The position numbers and the translations under genes were made by a program. DNA of 64,000 nt from Diadema antillarum (lineage: Eukaryota): NCBI RefSeq assembly GCF_040938485.1, contig NW_027272251.1, positions 310,001 through 374,000 of the forward strand. The letters run 5' to 3'. The notes under the pieces were generated by a model. The model was not told the origin of the DNA. It saw only the letters and a list, made by a program, of their open reading frames with translations, and searched no databases. This document shows, piece after piece, positions 13,252 through 24,871 of the stretch (within the stretch, counting starts at the first letter, position 1; each line of letters opens with the position of its first letter).

Positions 13252-14272
13252 GTAAGTTGCATCATTTTCATCTACAGCTTGTCATTCTCTGTGAATAAGA
13301 GTTCCTTTAAAGTACAAGTATATTTCGATGATCCGGAATCCGATGTAGCAAGCATTCATGCAGACATGATTACTCCACCGCTTTCTCCTTTCTTATTTTT
13401 ATCTATCACAGCAGAGCATCACGTTATATCCGTCTGTAGTTCGATTATTAAATTGCAGTTTATTTCCAGTCATGTTTGATGTGTGTATGTTCGCAGTAGA
13501 TTTTTCTTATTTCCTGAATGCATGTATCTTTCAAAATACCTGAATCATAAGTACAAATGTGTACCACATACTTATTCCAAATGTGAGTACAATCAGGACT
13601 TTTAGTCTGAAAATCTTGGAAAAGATATGACCTTGCTGGATGCCTGCAATATTCAAAAGGGTAGATATGAATTCCACAAACATTGAAGAAATCATCGTTT
13701 TACAGAAACGGAACAACATATTTTCCAATTTTCGATTTTTTGATTTTTTTTCTTTTGGCAATTTTGATAATGGGAATGTATGGAATCATCGTTGTGTTTC
13801 TCTAACCTGCTTAAATATTCAAACACGTCATTTGAAAGGGATGTCATAGTTTTGGTTGAGTCAGGCCTTCGGGTTTCCAACGTTTTTGTGAGACAATAAG
13901 AGACCTTTCGTAACATAATTATGAAAGAGCATATAATTGTATTAGGAATTCAAAGTTTATTTGATGAAAATCACTTTTGAAATGGATGAGTTATGCAAAA
14001 ACAATTAAAGAGGCCCTAGTAAAAGGTGGAACCAAGATTTTATCAGGACCACGAGCTTCGTTTTACTTTTTTGATACATCATGCCAATATCTGGTCATTT
14101 CCACACCGATTTTCATCAAATCAAGTTTAAACTCCTCTTAGAATTGTATGCCCTTTGATATTTCATGCATTTCAGAAAGGTCAAATCTGAATACCCCATC
14201 TCATCCAAGCCTGTACGATCCCTTTAAGATAATGTTCGATCAAGTCTGATCGTTTACTATTTTCTTCTTCAG
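13252..14272 (+). other. 5'UTR intron of GPCR-1
   Basis: GTAAGT donor; polypyrimidine-CAG acceptor 35 nt before the ATG. Equivalent introns at 25984-27021, 35329-36065 and 45654-46265. Confidence 0.65.
13837..14223. mobile_element. Kolobok-like MITE in GPCR-1 5'UTR intron
   Basis: AGGGAT...ATCCCT termini; TTAA on the right and TGAA on the left; absent at this site in units 2-4. Confidence 0.65.
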
Positions 14273-14307
14273 GTAATATTCAGAGAGACGATTTAGCCTT
14301 CGTCATC

Positions 14308-15504
14308 ATGTGGTCTTTGTTTGTAATCATTGGAATCGTAGTTTATGGGTCCCTATCATCGCCTATTGATGCCTCTCCTGGAGCAGCCGCTATCTCGAGT
14401 AGCCCAGCCGTAGACGTTGAAGACGCAGGAACTTCAGGAATTCTTACGAGCAATGTGTCATGGAGTTCCTCTGCAGAAATGGAAGAGACAAATGAATCGG
14501 GTGATACACCAAAGCTCGACCCATTGCAGTGGACATGGGTCTTTGAGTTGACGTGGGTAGATGCCCTTGAGATGAGCTGTGCCTGTGTTGGGGTAGTGGG
14601 AAACCTGCTTGTTATACTCGCACTCAGGATGCAGGTAGGAACCATAAAACACTCCACCGACATCTTAATCGGAGCACTGGCAGTTTCTGATCTTCTGACA
14701 TCCATTTCCATCATGCCGTTACCTCTTGCTGTAAGAGTGCCGCGGACGCCGCTTGGTTCGCTGTACTGTAAGTTTGCAAACTCGCGTTTGTACGTGTGGG
14801 TCCCAGTCCATGTGTCCATTTACACTCTTGTGGGAATAGCCATTGAACGTACGATTGCAGTGGTGAGTCCTTTACATTTCAGATCTTACGTCACCACTCG
14901 CAAAATTTACACGTACATATCGACGGTGTGTGTCCTGTCGTTTATATCTTGCCTCTATCCAATTAAAACGGATGTGGTCAACAATACCTGCAAGGTCCCG
15001 TATGGGCCCGAGACCAGTGAAACGATCGTATTCTACCTGTTCATGATCAGGTTTGGCACACCTGTTACCATCATGATCGTTACGCAGGCGGCTACGGCGT
15101 GGTCACTCCATCGTCAATCACACCGCGTGCGTAAGGGACTTTCTGAGACCACCGGGGTACCTTCAACTCACATACGGGCTCGAAATCGTATCACCAGGTT
15201 GACCTTCCTCATTGTCTTGACGTACATCCTGACCTTTGCTCCCCATCACGTGACTGCCGGGGTATATGTCCTGCAAGGAAAGCTGTACTCGTACCTGCAC
15301 AGTCCTCTTCACAGCGCTCTGTCTGTGCTGATTTGTGTCAACTCTTGCGCCAACCCTTTCATATACGCATCCCAGTACCCGAGGTTCCGGACCGCCATAA
15401 GAGATGCTTTCAAATGCAAACGAGTTGACAACCAGAACCATCCGTTTTTCACTTCAGAGTCAAATACTTTTCAGCAGGAAAAAATACCAAAAAGCAAAGA
15501 TTAG
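14308..15504 (+). CDS. Class A orphan GPCR copy 1 (398 aa; type often auto-labelled galanin/allatostatin-A receptor-like)
   Basis: Signal peptide; GN (TM1), LAVSD (TM2), C3.25, IAIERT (TM3), ECL2 Cys, FGTP (TM5), TFAP (TM6), NSCANPFIY (TM7), helix 8 FRTAIRDAFKC; intact ORF. Ligand not assignable from sequence. Confidence 0.95.
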   Translation: MWSLFVIIGIVVYGSLSSPIDASPGAAAISSSPAVDVEDAGTSGILTSNVSWSSSAEMEETNESGDTPKLDPLQWTWVFELTWVDALEMSCACVGVVGNLLVILALRMQVGTIKHSTDILIGALAVSDLLTSISIMPLPLAVRVPRTPLGSLYCKFANSRLYVWVPVHVSIYTLVGIAIERTIAVVSPLHFRSYVTTRKIYTYISTVCVLSFISCLYPIKTDVVNNTCKVPYGPETSETIVFYLFMIRFGTPVTIMIVTQAATAWSLHRQSHRVRKGLSETTGVPSTHIRARNRITRLTFLIVLTYILTFAPHHVTAGVYVLQGKLYSYLHSPLHSALSVLICVNSCANPFIYASQYPRFRTAIRDAFKCKRVDNQNHPFFTSESNTFQQEKIPKSKD

Positions 15505-15629
15505 TTAAAATCGTCAAGAAGAGCAATCCATCCCTGAATAAGCGCTGTACGTGATATGACTTCGCTAAAACAACTCTTTAAAGTGCAATAATGATAACAA
15601 CATCTATTATTACTACTACTACAAAAGAC

Positions 15630-15900
15630 GCTCTGTTACGAGTCGATGAATGTCCACCTAAAAAGTCATAGAGTTATGATTGACATTTTCACAAGTCTAG
15701 CAAAGGCTTGTGATACGATTAATCACAGTATCATGATACCAAAATTGTGGTGTTCTTGTTCTTGTTTTTGTGGTGTTCCTCAGAGTTCTTTTCTAGGACC
15801 TTCATTCTTCAATTTACACAATAAGGACACTGATAATTCATTCCCAGTGATTTCTTTTTTTTTTTAACAGACGGCACTAATATCATTTATAAACACAAAG
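15630..15900 (+). mobile_element. Degenerate CR1/L2-type LINE RT fragment 3' of GPCR-1
   Basis: Decayed RT motifs: SLAKACDTINHSI (cf. DLSKAFDT), GVPQSSFLGP (cf. GVPQGSILGP), DGTN (cf. ADDT). Confidence 0.75.
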
Positions 15901-17095
15901 ATTTGAATGAGCTTCAAAGGCAGGAAATAATGGTTTGCGGAAAGAGAGTATGTGACCCTGCATCCCAAAAACAAAACAAAAAGTCGCCAGACACGGATTT
16001 TTAATTAAAAGCAGATCATGAAAGAGCAGACTCTAAGCTTTAAAATAATTTGTAACTCAATTCAAATGGACGCTCCTAAAATATCCTAATATTGAAAAGA
16101 AATCACGCACTCTGGAAAGTGTGAACTGAGAGAAGAGGCTCTGAAGTACGGGGTCTATTCAAGCGCTTAATCTTTAACAAGTTGAGCTAGCTGTGCGATG
16201 AATGGAACAAAAAAAAATAAGTTGGAATTAGGCATGCTTTATTAACACTTTCTGTAGATGATTAATGCCAACTTTCAAAGCAGTAGCATTATCCTTTCCA
16301 AAGTTGTTGGAGTTGAAAGTGAAGAGTATGGGCAGGGTTTTAACAATTCAAAAGAAGACTCTAAGACACACCTAATCACAGCAGCGTATCCTACCAAAAT
16401 GTGTTCGAGAAAAACTGCTAAAAACAATTCCCTGTTTGTTTTATGATCTCAAACTTTAGTATTGATGTCAAAAAAGACTTGCTCTTTCAGAAAACATGGA
16501 AAAAATCAAGACTGGCCATAAGTTGACCCATTTCACCTATTTTCAGTTCTCACACAAAATCAATGCGTGCGACTTTTTGTTGGGTTTGTGATGAACGGTC
16601 ACAATATGCTTTTGTGCGAAGAAACTGTCGGTTAATTGTCAAAAGAAAACATATGATTTTGTGATATTTAGCAATCACAGTAGATTACATGACTTAAGCG
16701 GACATAAATTTAATTTGAATGATATCAGGATGCCCATAGTTGAGTTCATAAGTTCCTAAGTTCCTGGGGTTTATGTAAGCTCAAAGTTAAATTGGAAGTG
16801 CTATAAGAGAAGTTGAGAAAGTATCATAAAACATCGATATTTTGCTCACTTCGGCACATATACATCTTTTAACTGTGTGAAAAGTTTTTTTGAAGTTCTT
16901 CTCTCGGCCTTTCCTATTTCTCGTATTGGGATCTGGTACGCGCATGCACCAATGTCTTTAAAATAACATCATTCGAATTATAGTAATAGTTGCTGCATCT
17001 CCTATGGAAATAATGCTGAACAATGCTATCATGAAATGGGCCTGATGACAGTTCATTATATACGCAGTGTTGCATTTTCAGCGGGGTGTTGTTTT

Positions 17096-17098
17096 TTG

Positions 17099-17143
<45 letters not shown>
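17096..17143. repeat. (TG)n microsatellite
   Basis: Direct reading; orthologous tract at about 38818-38850. Confidence 0.9.
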
Positions 17144-17145
<2 letters not shown>

Positions 17146-17579
17146 AAAACTATGAACAAAATCATACTATCCTGTTTCAGAGGCCTTTCCCCCTCAACAA
17201 GAGTTTTTCATAATTGCAGCACACGATCATCGGCTTCTGTTTATACGTCTTGCAAGTCATATCCCTACTGGAAAGAACACAGTCCCACAGTGTGTTCACA
17301 TTGTGTTCACATAGTCGACTATGTAAAAACGCTAGAATTTAACAGTGTGAAGATGATTTCACATTGTGGTGTGGTTTTCACAGAGTGTTCACATAGTAAT
17401 GCTGTGTTTCACACTGTCAATTGATGACTCACATTGTGTTCACACTGTTAAAACGCTCGAATTTAACAGTGTGAACAGTGTGAAGGGATTTCCCACTGTG
17501 GTCACAATGTGTTCACACTGTGTTTCTCACACTGTGGAACACTGTGCTCTTTCATAAACAATGTCATACCGGTACAATT

Positions 17580-18095
17580 TTTTCATTTACTGAATCAAAA
17601 CTGTTGAACTCGCTACCCCGCCATGTTACGAGTGTCTCATCTGTTAATGGCTTCAAAAGCAGATTTTTAAAAACTACTTGTTATCAGTGCACTTGAAAAA
17701 ATGAATAAAACTTTCCAGAATTGTTTATCCAGGTTAGAAAAAAACACTTATTTATGCACATTATTGTTATATTTGGGAAAGTCTGTGAATATGTATCTTT
17801 TTTTCCCCTCATTGTTTCTTTTTTTATTTCGTGTATGACTGTGTGCTCATGTGTGTGTACGTATGTTATTATTGTATCAATTTTATTGAAACATGTACTG
17901 CTATATCAGGGCATATTCCCAACAAAAAGTTACGTGTTTGTGTAATTTCTCATGTCATGTCATCCTTAGCTACTCACTACACTACCTCACTGTATACATT
18001 TAATAGTTGTCACTATTCCCATATGAATGTACCCCTGTATTTATTAGATAATCTGACTGAAATAACATGTATCTGAAATAAAACTGAAATTGAAA
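17580..18095 (+). mobile_element. LINE ORF2 C-terminus and 3'UTR remnant (also ~30200-30810 and ~39280-39795)
   Basis: Translates as NSLPRHVTSVSSVNGFKSRFLK (cf. WNSLP...FK..LK), followed by an AT-rich UTR and a 'gaaattgaaa' tail. Confidence 0.6.
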
Positions 18096-18894
18096 ATGAG
18101 ATTTATGGTCCTATGGTCCTATCTGTCATTGAACAATTACCAAGGAATGCTTCAGTGAAATCTAAATGACTAAATGTACTTTGCATCCCCTACAAAATCA
18201 GACGTCACTATAAATGAATACACCATAAAGCTTTCTGTTCTTCCAATTTCAATCTAAAATCATAAAGCGTTAGTGATTATGTAATGATATACGATACGTG
18301 TAGCAATGACAGAATGATGACTGGAATGATATAGGATACGTTGTGTTTGCTGTTTCAACAATCAAGATGTAAAAATGCACTAATGTCTACAACTCCTTTC
18401 CACATATTGATGTATATACATATATATGTATATACAGTATATATATACATACAAGATATACTTTAAAACGTACACGATTATAGCAAAATTTTCGTTTACG
18501 AAGTCATTTCTAGGCGCCATTGATAAAGAAAAACCGACAATTGATTGCAATGTGTTCCGCTAAACGAAATGCGCATTGCTTACGAAATTACGAGGGAGAA
18601 GAAACATTCACATAGTTTCTCTTCATGAGCTAAAACTTTAAAGTTCAGAGTACTTAAATATAAATTATAAATTTCGAACTATGATTGGTTCATATAAAGT
18701 GAGGAAGGGAGCGTCAAGGATACACACGAGAAATCCTATAACATGTAACTCATGACTGTAATCATATTACAGATGTATTGTAGAATTGACGGAATTGACG
18801 ATGATTTTTTAATGTTAATGAAATTGCAGAAAGTTATATGGCATACAGAGAATAAATCAAATCAAATCAAATCAGATCAAATCAAATCAAGGGT

Positions 18895-19345
18895 GATATA
18901 TTTAGAATATTCCGAAGGATCGTTAATAAATCCGAATATGAAACAGGGTTCGTTATTCCGAATATGAAATAGGGTTCGTTATTCCGAAACATATGAAAGC
19001 CGACCAGATGTTTGTTAATCCGACAAAGAAATGGGTTCGTTATAAAGAACATTTGTGGCGTTCTTCAGAACATTCACTATTGGGAACGTTTGTATGTCCG
19101 TTAATGAAATAAGGTTCGTTAATTCAGAACTCGAGGAGTAACAACCCTCTTCGGGATTAGACAACCCAATTTTGTTTTCGGATTAACAAACTTTCGGAAT
19201 AACGAACCTTAATCCACTTTCAGATTTACAAACCCTCAAAAATAACGAACCTTTCTTAATTGTTGGATTAGCGAACCTCCGGAATAACTGACCGTATTTC
19301 ACATTTGCATTAACGAATCTTCCGATTAATGACATATCATTTTCG
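18895..19345. mobile_element. Foldback-like element of ggttcgttattccgaa / ttcggaataacgaacc subrepeats (also ~31425-31885 and ~40565-41030)
   Basis: Left half carries the motif in forward orientation and right half in reverse complement. Confidence 0.6.
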
Positions 19346-20158
19346 GATTAACCACAAAAGCAATAGGAGTTTAACTTAGTTTTGACCGTCATTCACATGA
19401 AAACAACATTTCAGCAGTATCACTGATTCGATCGACAGAATCGCCACGTGTATGGCGCTGACAAAAATCCACTAATATATGACCATGACCCTAAAAGAGG
19501 CTGGAGCCTTGCAACAGCATTGCCAGAAAGAATACAGGGTTCTAAATTTCACCATGATGCACGTCTATATTATAAGTTGTTGTTTTGTTGTTGTTGTTTT
19601 TTTTTTGGGGGGGGGGGTGCGGGAGACCATCAAGAACCAACCGAATATTAACCCTCCAGGCTCTATCAATATTACAGACATAGACGCAAATGCGCTCAAG
19701 CATTACACATATCTTTTAAACATCTATTTTTTGACAATGTAAAATACGAAAATAAAATACCACAGATTTAGCGATGGATGAAGTATCAAAAATGTATATA
19801 TTAATGGGTGTTACGCATGTATTACTACATCACCAACGCCCATACATGTCAAAAGACAACGTCTTTACACCTTTTTATACGAGTGGGTATTGGCCATGTT
19901 TTCTACATTGTGGTTGATACCAGCGCCCGTAAATAATAAAAAAGGCATACTGGTATAAAATGATGTCAAAATATGTTTCACAGAACCCCCATATACATAT
20001 ACGCATATACACCCACATCAACACACACACGCGCGCGCAAACACACACATACTTGTATAAGTATGCATATAGGTATTATTGTAAATGATTATAAATTATA
20101 GGCCCTATTCGTATAAATTCTCTATATATAAATTATATGTATGTATATATATATTATG

Positions 20159-20189
<31 letters not shown>

Positions 20190-20730
20190 TACATATAAAT
20201 ATATACACTCAGCAAAGGAAGAAAGTTAACACTTTTTTCCATTTGATATTTTTCATACAAGATTTAGATAAAAATCAATGTGTCATATACCACATCAATG
20301 ATTATCTAATTGGCTATCAACCTGGTAGGTTGATACAAAGGGAAATCATGACGCAAATCTCTCGTTTGAAGAGGCTACACCCCAGTAAATAATGCCAGTG
20401 CATATCTTGGCAATCAATGACTTAAAGTCAAAGATATAAAACACCTGTTTCTTGACCCTGGCCTAATCTAAGCATCAGTCATCGCCACAGCGCCACAGGA
20501 GGGGGGGGGGGGGGGCACCGCGAGAGGAGGAGATTGTTTTGGTTTTGGCATGGGCCATGTAGCTCCATGGTGCGTGTGTGTGTGTACGTGTGTGTGTGTG
20601 AGTGTAGACATTCAGCGTATGCAGACAGAGCATGCCTGTACTGTAGTGACCGGAACTATTGTCATTCCATTTTGCTCTCCCCTTCTCCCTCCCCCATCTC
20701 TCCCCCCTCTCCCTCCCTCTCTCCCCCTCG

Positions 20731-20769
<39 letters not shown>

Positions 20770-20778
20770 CCTCTCTCT

Positions 20779-21670
20779 CTTTCTCAATGATCCAGTCAGC
20801 AGGCTGATTGTAACCAGGGAGGTAGTCTCACCTCCCCGTTGTAACTCACTGCCAAATAGCACATTGTCAGCACCGGCAAACTGGCAATGCTCTCCTTCTT
20901 ATTCCTGTATTTTCGTTATTTACGGGTCAATTTTTTTCGTTCGAAATGTAAAATGGATGACCATAGAATTTCTCAATAGAATATAAAATTGAAAACTTTA
21001 GAAAGGATAGAGAAAATTGACTTCACTTTGAATGGTCTGCCACAGGCAGATATCCTTATCATGCTCTTACGTAATACGACAGCTGCTTTCTCAATGATCC
21101 AGTCAGCAGGCTGATTGTAACCAGGGAGGTAGTCTCACCTCCCCGTTGTAACTCACTGCCAAATAGCACATTGTCAGCACCGGCAAACTGGCAATGCTCT
21201 CCTTCTTATTCCTGTATTTTCGTTATTTACGGGTCAATTTTTTTCGTTCGAAATGTAAAATGGATGACCATAGAATTTCTCAATAGAATATAAAATTGAA
21301 AACTTTAAAAAGGATAGAGAAAATTGAGTTCACTTTGAATGGTCTGCCACAGGCAGATATCCTTATCATGCTCTTACGTAATACGACAGCTGCTTTCTCA
21401 ATGATCCAGTCAGCAGGCTGATTGTAACCAGGGAGTAGTCTCACCTCCCCGTTGTAACTCACTGCCAAATAGCACCGGCAAACTGGCAATGCTCTCCTTC
21501 TTATTCCTGTATTTTCGTTATTTACGGGTCAATTTTTTTCGTTCGAAATGTAAAATGGATGACCATAGAATTTCTCAATAGAATATAAAATTGAAAACTT
21601 TAAAAAGGATAGAGAAAATTGAGTTCACTTTGAATGGTCTGCCACAGGCAGATATCCTTATCATGCTCTT
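20779..21670. repeat. 307-bp tandem repeat x3
   Basis: 'ctttctcaatgatccagtcagc' starts at 20779, 21086 and 21393; units nearly identical, third slightly deleted and interrupted. Confidence 0.92.
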
Positions 21671-21930
21671 ATTATTATTATTATTATTATTACTATTATT
21701 TATAGTGCGCTTTTCCCACAAGGCCCAAAGCGCTTACAATCAATTCAAAACATGTACGACAGTATGTATAATTGGATAAATGTTATATATACAGCTACGA
21801 ACTAGTTGCTACTGAAAAGATGTGTTTTCAAGGCTTTTTTGAACACACTGACTGATGAAGACTGTCTAACGGTAAGTGGTAAATTGTTCCAGTGCTTTGA
21901 AGCAGACACAGTAAATGTGATAAGGATATC
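21671..21930 (-). mobile_element. 5'-truncated CR1/L2-type LINE 3' end
   Basis: Minus strand encodes SASKHWNNLPLTVRQSSSVSVFKKALKTHLFSSN*, then a UTR and (TAA)n tail; host repeat resumes at 'ttacgtaatacg'. Confidence 0.82.
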
Positions 21931-22792
21931 TTACGTAATACGACAGCTGCTGGAGTCATCAAACCCTGGCTTGGCCTCCAGGTTTGTCACGCCTGAGCAG
22001 AAAGCTTATTTGCAATGGACAAGTACTTCGACTCCCAACTCCCAAACGACAAATATACGCACCCCACTTTGGGTATTCCCCAGTTGGGGACTCGCCTCAA
22101 ACGAGGGATTGACGGCATGTTTACGCATGCGTGAACACATTCGTTCTTGTCCTCTAAGGCAGAACAATAGAAATTGCAGAATTGGACATATTTGAAGTCA
22201 TTTGCAAATGTACTCCCAGATAGCAATGATAACAAAAGACCAATTTAACTCAATGAGAGACATAAATGAAACAGCAGAAATAAGTTTCTGTTCCCTTGTT
22301 TCCGTTTATATTCAAAACAAGAACACAGTGCGGAAACTGAAGGTGGAACATAAGCATTTTCCATCAATTCAAACTTTAAATGACATAGAGAGTAAGCCAT
22401 AAAGGTGATAAAATCGACAGAATTTCTTCATTTTACCTTTTAATTTAAGAATGCACGACACAAATTCAAGAACCAAATATTTCAAGTTTTCTTAATTCGG
22501 AATAACGTTTCAAATTTAACTTTCTTTATTACCATATCTTTTTTTCTCTTTGATCTTGTGACTGCGTATTTGACAGAAGATTCTTCATTTTCCTCCATTA
22601 TTGTTTGCTTTTCGTTATCTTTGGAGGGTTACAGAGACATTGTTGAGATCGTAGGTTGTTGTTTTTTTCAAATCAATTTGCATTTCTATTGTGTGGAATG
22701 TGTCTTTTGTTCTCATTATTATATGGTAGAGCAAATACGCTTGAACAACAACAACCTGCCCATTTTGCAATTTTTACATTTGTGCCTTGGAA

Positions 22793-23089
22793 CAAAAGTA
22801 GCCATAGCCTGTAGCTTGTAACATATTTTCATACTCATTGTTGCCTCTCTGAATAACTCCCTTTGAGGAATATTTCATTTCAATGTTGTCATGGGAACTA
22901 TTATCATGGTTTCGTTGGTTTTTTTTGTGTGTGTGTTTGTGTTTGTGATGTAATGTAATGTATTTTGTAAGGCAGCTCACCACAAGCTTTGCTTTTTTGA
23001 GATTCTGCCTTCCTGTACAATAATTTCATGCATGTGATTTCCTACATGAAAAAAAAAGATGGAAAATAGATGTTATACAAACAAACAAA
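22793..23089 (+). mobile_element. Short retroposon-like insertion with 7-bp TSD
   Basis: Flanked by CTTGGAA (22786-22792 and 23090-23096); ends in (ACAA)n; absent at 42636-42645. Confidence 0.6.
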
Positions 23090-24531
23090 CTTGGAAGAGA
23101 AAAACGAATGCGTTCACTCATGCGTAAAATTACAATTTCCATTGACCTACTAGGTTGATAGCTGATGAAATTACCTTTAACATACCATTATTTAGCCAGA
23201 TAGTCTATGAGAAAGATAAACTTGAAAAAGTGTTTACTTTCTTTCTTTCTTTTTTTTTGCTGAGTGTATAGACATGTTATCATTATATATATATGAATAT
23301 TTAGGTAACATGAATTAACAAGTTGCTGTCTTAACAGTTTGAACTATGACACAATGTATATCTCCCTGATAGTGGCTGCTATATCGTGTTGAAGTGCAAT
23401 AAAACACAGGTTTCACATAAAACTTTTCTGCACTGGTCTGCTTTTTGCATTATCTACATATAGGAATAACTTTGCCTTTTATGATTATAATGTTCGCAAA
23501 TATATCACCGGGACCATTTCTCTCTAGTGGCAGTGAAAAGATCACACTTTGATTAAAAAATAGAAAAAAAAAAGAAAAAAGAAAATAAGTATTTCAAGAT
23601 ACCACTTCGGTTTTTTTAAGAACCTTATTCACGAACATTCCTCGTTCATCTACGAGATATCTTATGGGCAATTTCGAGCAAGCGTGTGCGTGTCATTGTA
23701 ACATCAAAGCCATTGAAAGCAGAAATTCGATGGTCGGAAGATAGAGTGAAAATCTGTACAAAGGCATGGTGTATAGCATTCAACGATGGCATTGACTCCC
23801 AGCTTTCTTTATTCTTCCTGTAGACTAGTGCAGGGTAATTAATTGAATGGAAATCCATTAGTGACATTTCCAAGGGAAAAAAAAAAGACCTTAACATTCA
23901 AGATTGATCTCAGAATGTCTCCCTGTCTTTTGCTATTTCATGCCATGCACAAAAGAAAAATAAATCGACTAGCAGCGAAATTCTTTTGTGCTGTCAGTGT
24001 GAATTGAAACTTTGTTCGCATCAATGAATTTTATTAGCTTCACCGTAAGGATGCCTGTTGTTGATGTTGTTTTGCCAGTGCAAAAAACAACCAATCGGAA
24101 AACTGCGATGCTTGAATCTCCCTTACTATACCTATTGGTATGCGTTAAAGAAGAGCGATACAGAATCATATACGTCACTAGAAAGGGACCTAGCATTAAA
24201 AAAAAAATCGAAACGGTAGAGTAACTATATGCAAGGCAGTAACGTTGATACAACCATAAAGCTTTATTCATCGTTTGAACGCAATTTCATTTCTCAAACT
24301 CAGACGTCCTTTTTCAAAGCGCTATAAAAGTGTAAAATCCTTACTTGCTTTTTTGTAGGGACAGTTTATTCATTTATTATTAGAAATATATAGATGGTCA
24401 ACGAAAAACTCAAATGAGACGGTAAAGTACACAATGGAATGACAATGGCACATATAACGCATGCATGGGCTGAATCACGAAAAACCAAACAATCAACAAA
24501 ACAGATTTATATAAAAAACAAGCAAACGATG

Positions 24532-24677
24532 NNNNNNNNNNNNNNNNNNNNNNNNNNNNNNNNNNNNNNNNNNNNNNNNNNNNNNNNNNNNNNNNNNNNN
24601 NNNNNNNNNNNNNNNNNNNNNNNNNNNNNNNNNNNNNNNNNNNNNNNNNNNNNNNNNNNNNNNNNNNNNNNNNNNNN
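24532..24677. other. Assembly gap (146 N)
   Basis: Run of N. Confidence 0.98.
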
Positions 24678-24808
24678 CGTGCAAACTGAAAAAACACACT
24701 TGTTTGCTGTAACTGTTCGTCTCAAACTGTTTTCTCATTTACATTGATACTATGCTCAGTAACAAGTACATTTAATTTTGAAAATGCATAGCTACAACGT
24801 GTATGTCA

Positions 24809-24871
<63 letters not shown>

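Larger units (their letters stand above)
20347..22119. mobile_element. Nested non-autonomous DNA element with CATG-start TIRs
   Basis: Left end CATGACGCAAATCTCTCGTTTGA; right end reverse complement CATGCCGTCAATCCCTCGTTTGA; absent from the 41823 copy. Confidence 0.6.
20206..23266. mobile_element. Tc1/mariner MITE expanded by nested insertions
   Basis: TA|CACTCAGCAAA ... TTTGCTGAGTG|TA; the uninterrupted 980-bp version is at 41823-42802. Confidence 0.85.

Noticed and set aside
14500-14535. LDPL resembling the thrombin site LDPR|S of PAR1
   Set aside because: No P1 Arg and no SFLLRN-like sequence; the resemblance is superficial.
14343-14819. Antisense ORFs overlapping the GPCRs (also 15163-15441, 27207-27463, 36241-36497, 36901-37224, 46455-46711, 47115-47309)
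   Set aside because: Shadows of the real CDS. They recur only because the genes are duplicated, have variable ends and show no recognisable motifs.
21806-22195. 129-aa plus-strand ORF
   Set aside because: Antisense of the LINE ORF2 C-terminus plus flanking transposon DNA.
23646-24271. Recurring short ORFs in the spacers (also 32956-33518 and 43220-43736), suggesting a conserved small gene
   Set aside because: They recur because of segmental duplication. Frames are broken differently between copies, with no consistent splice signals or motifs.
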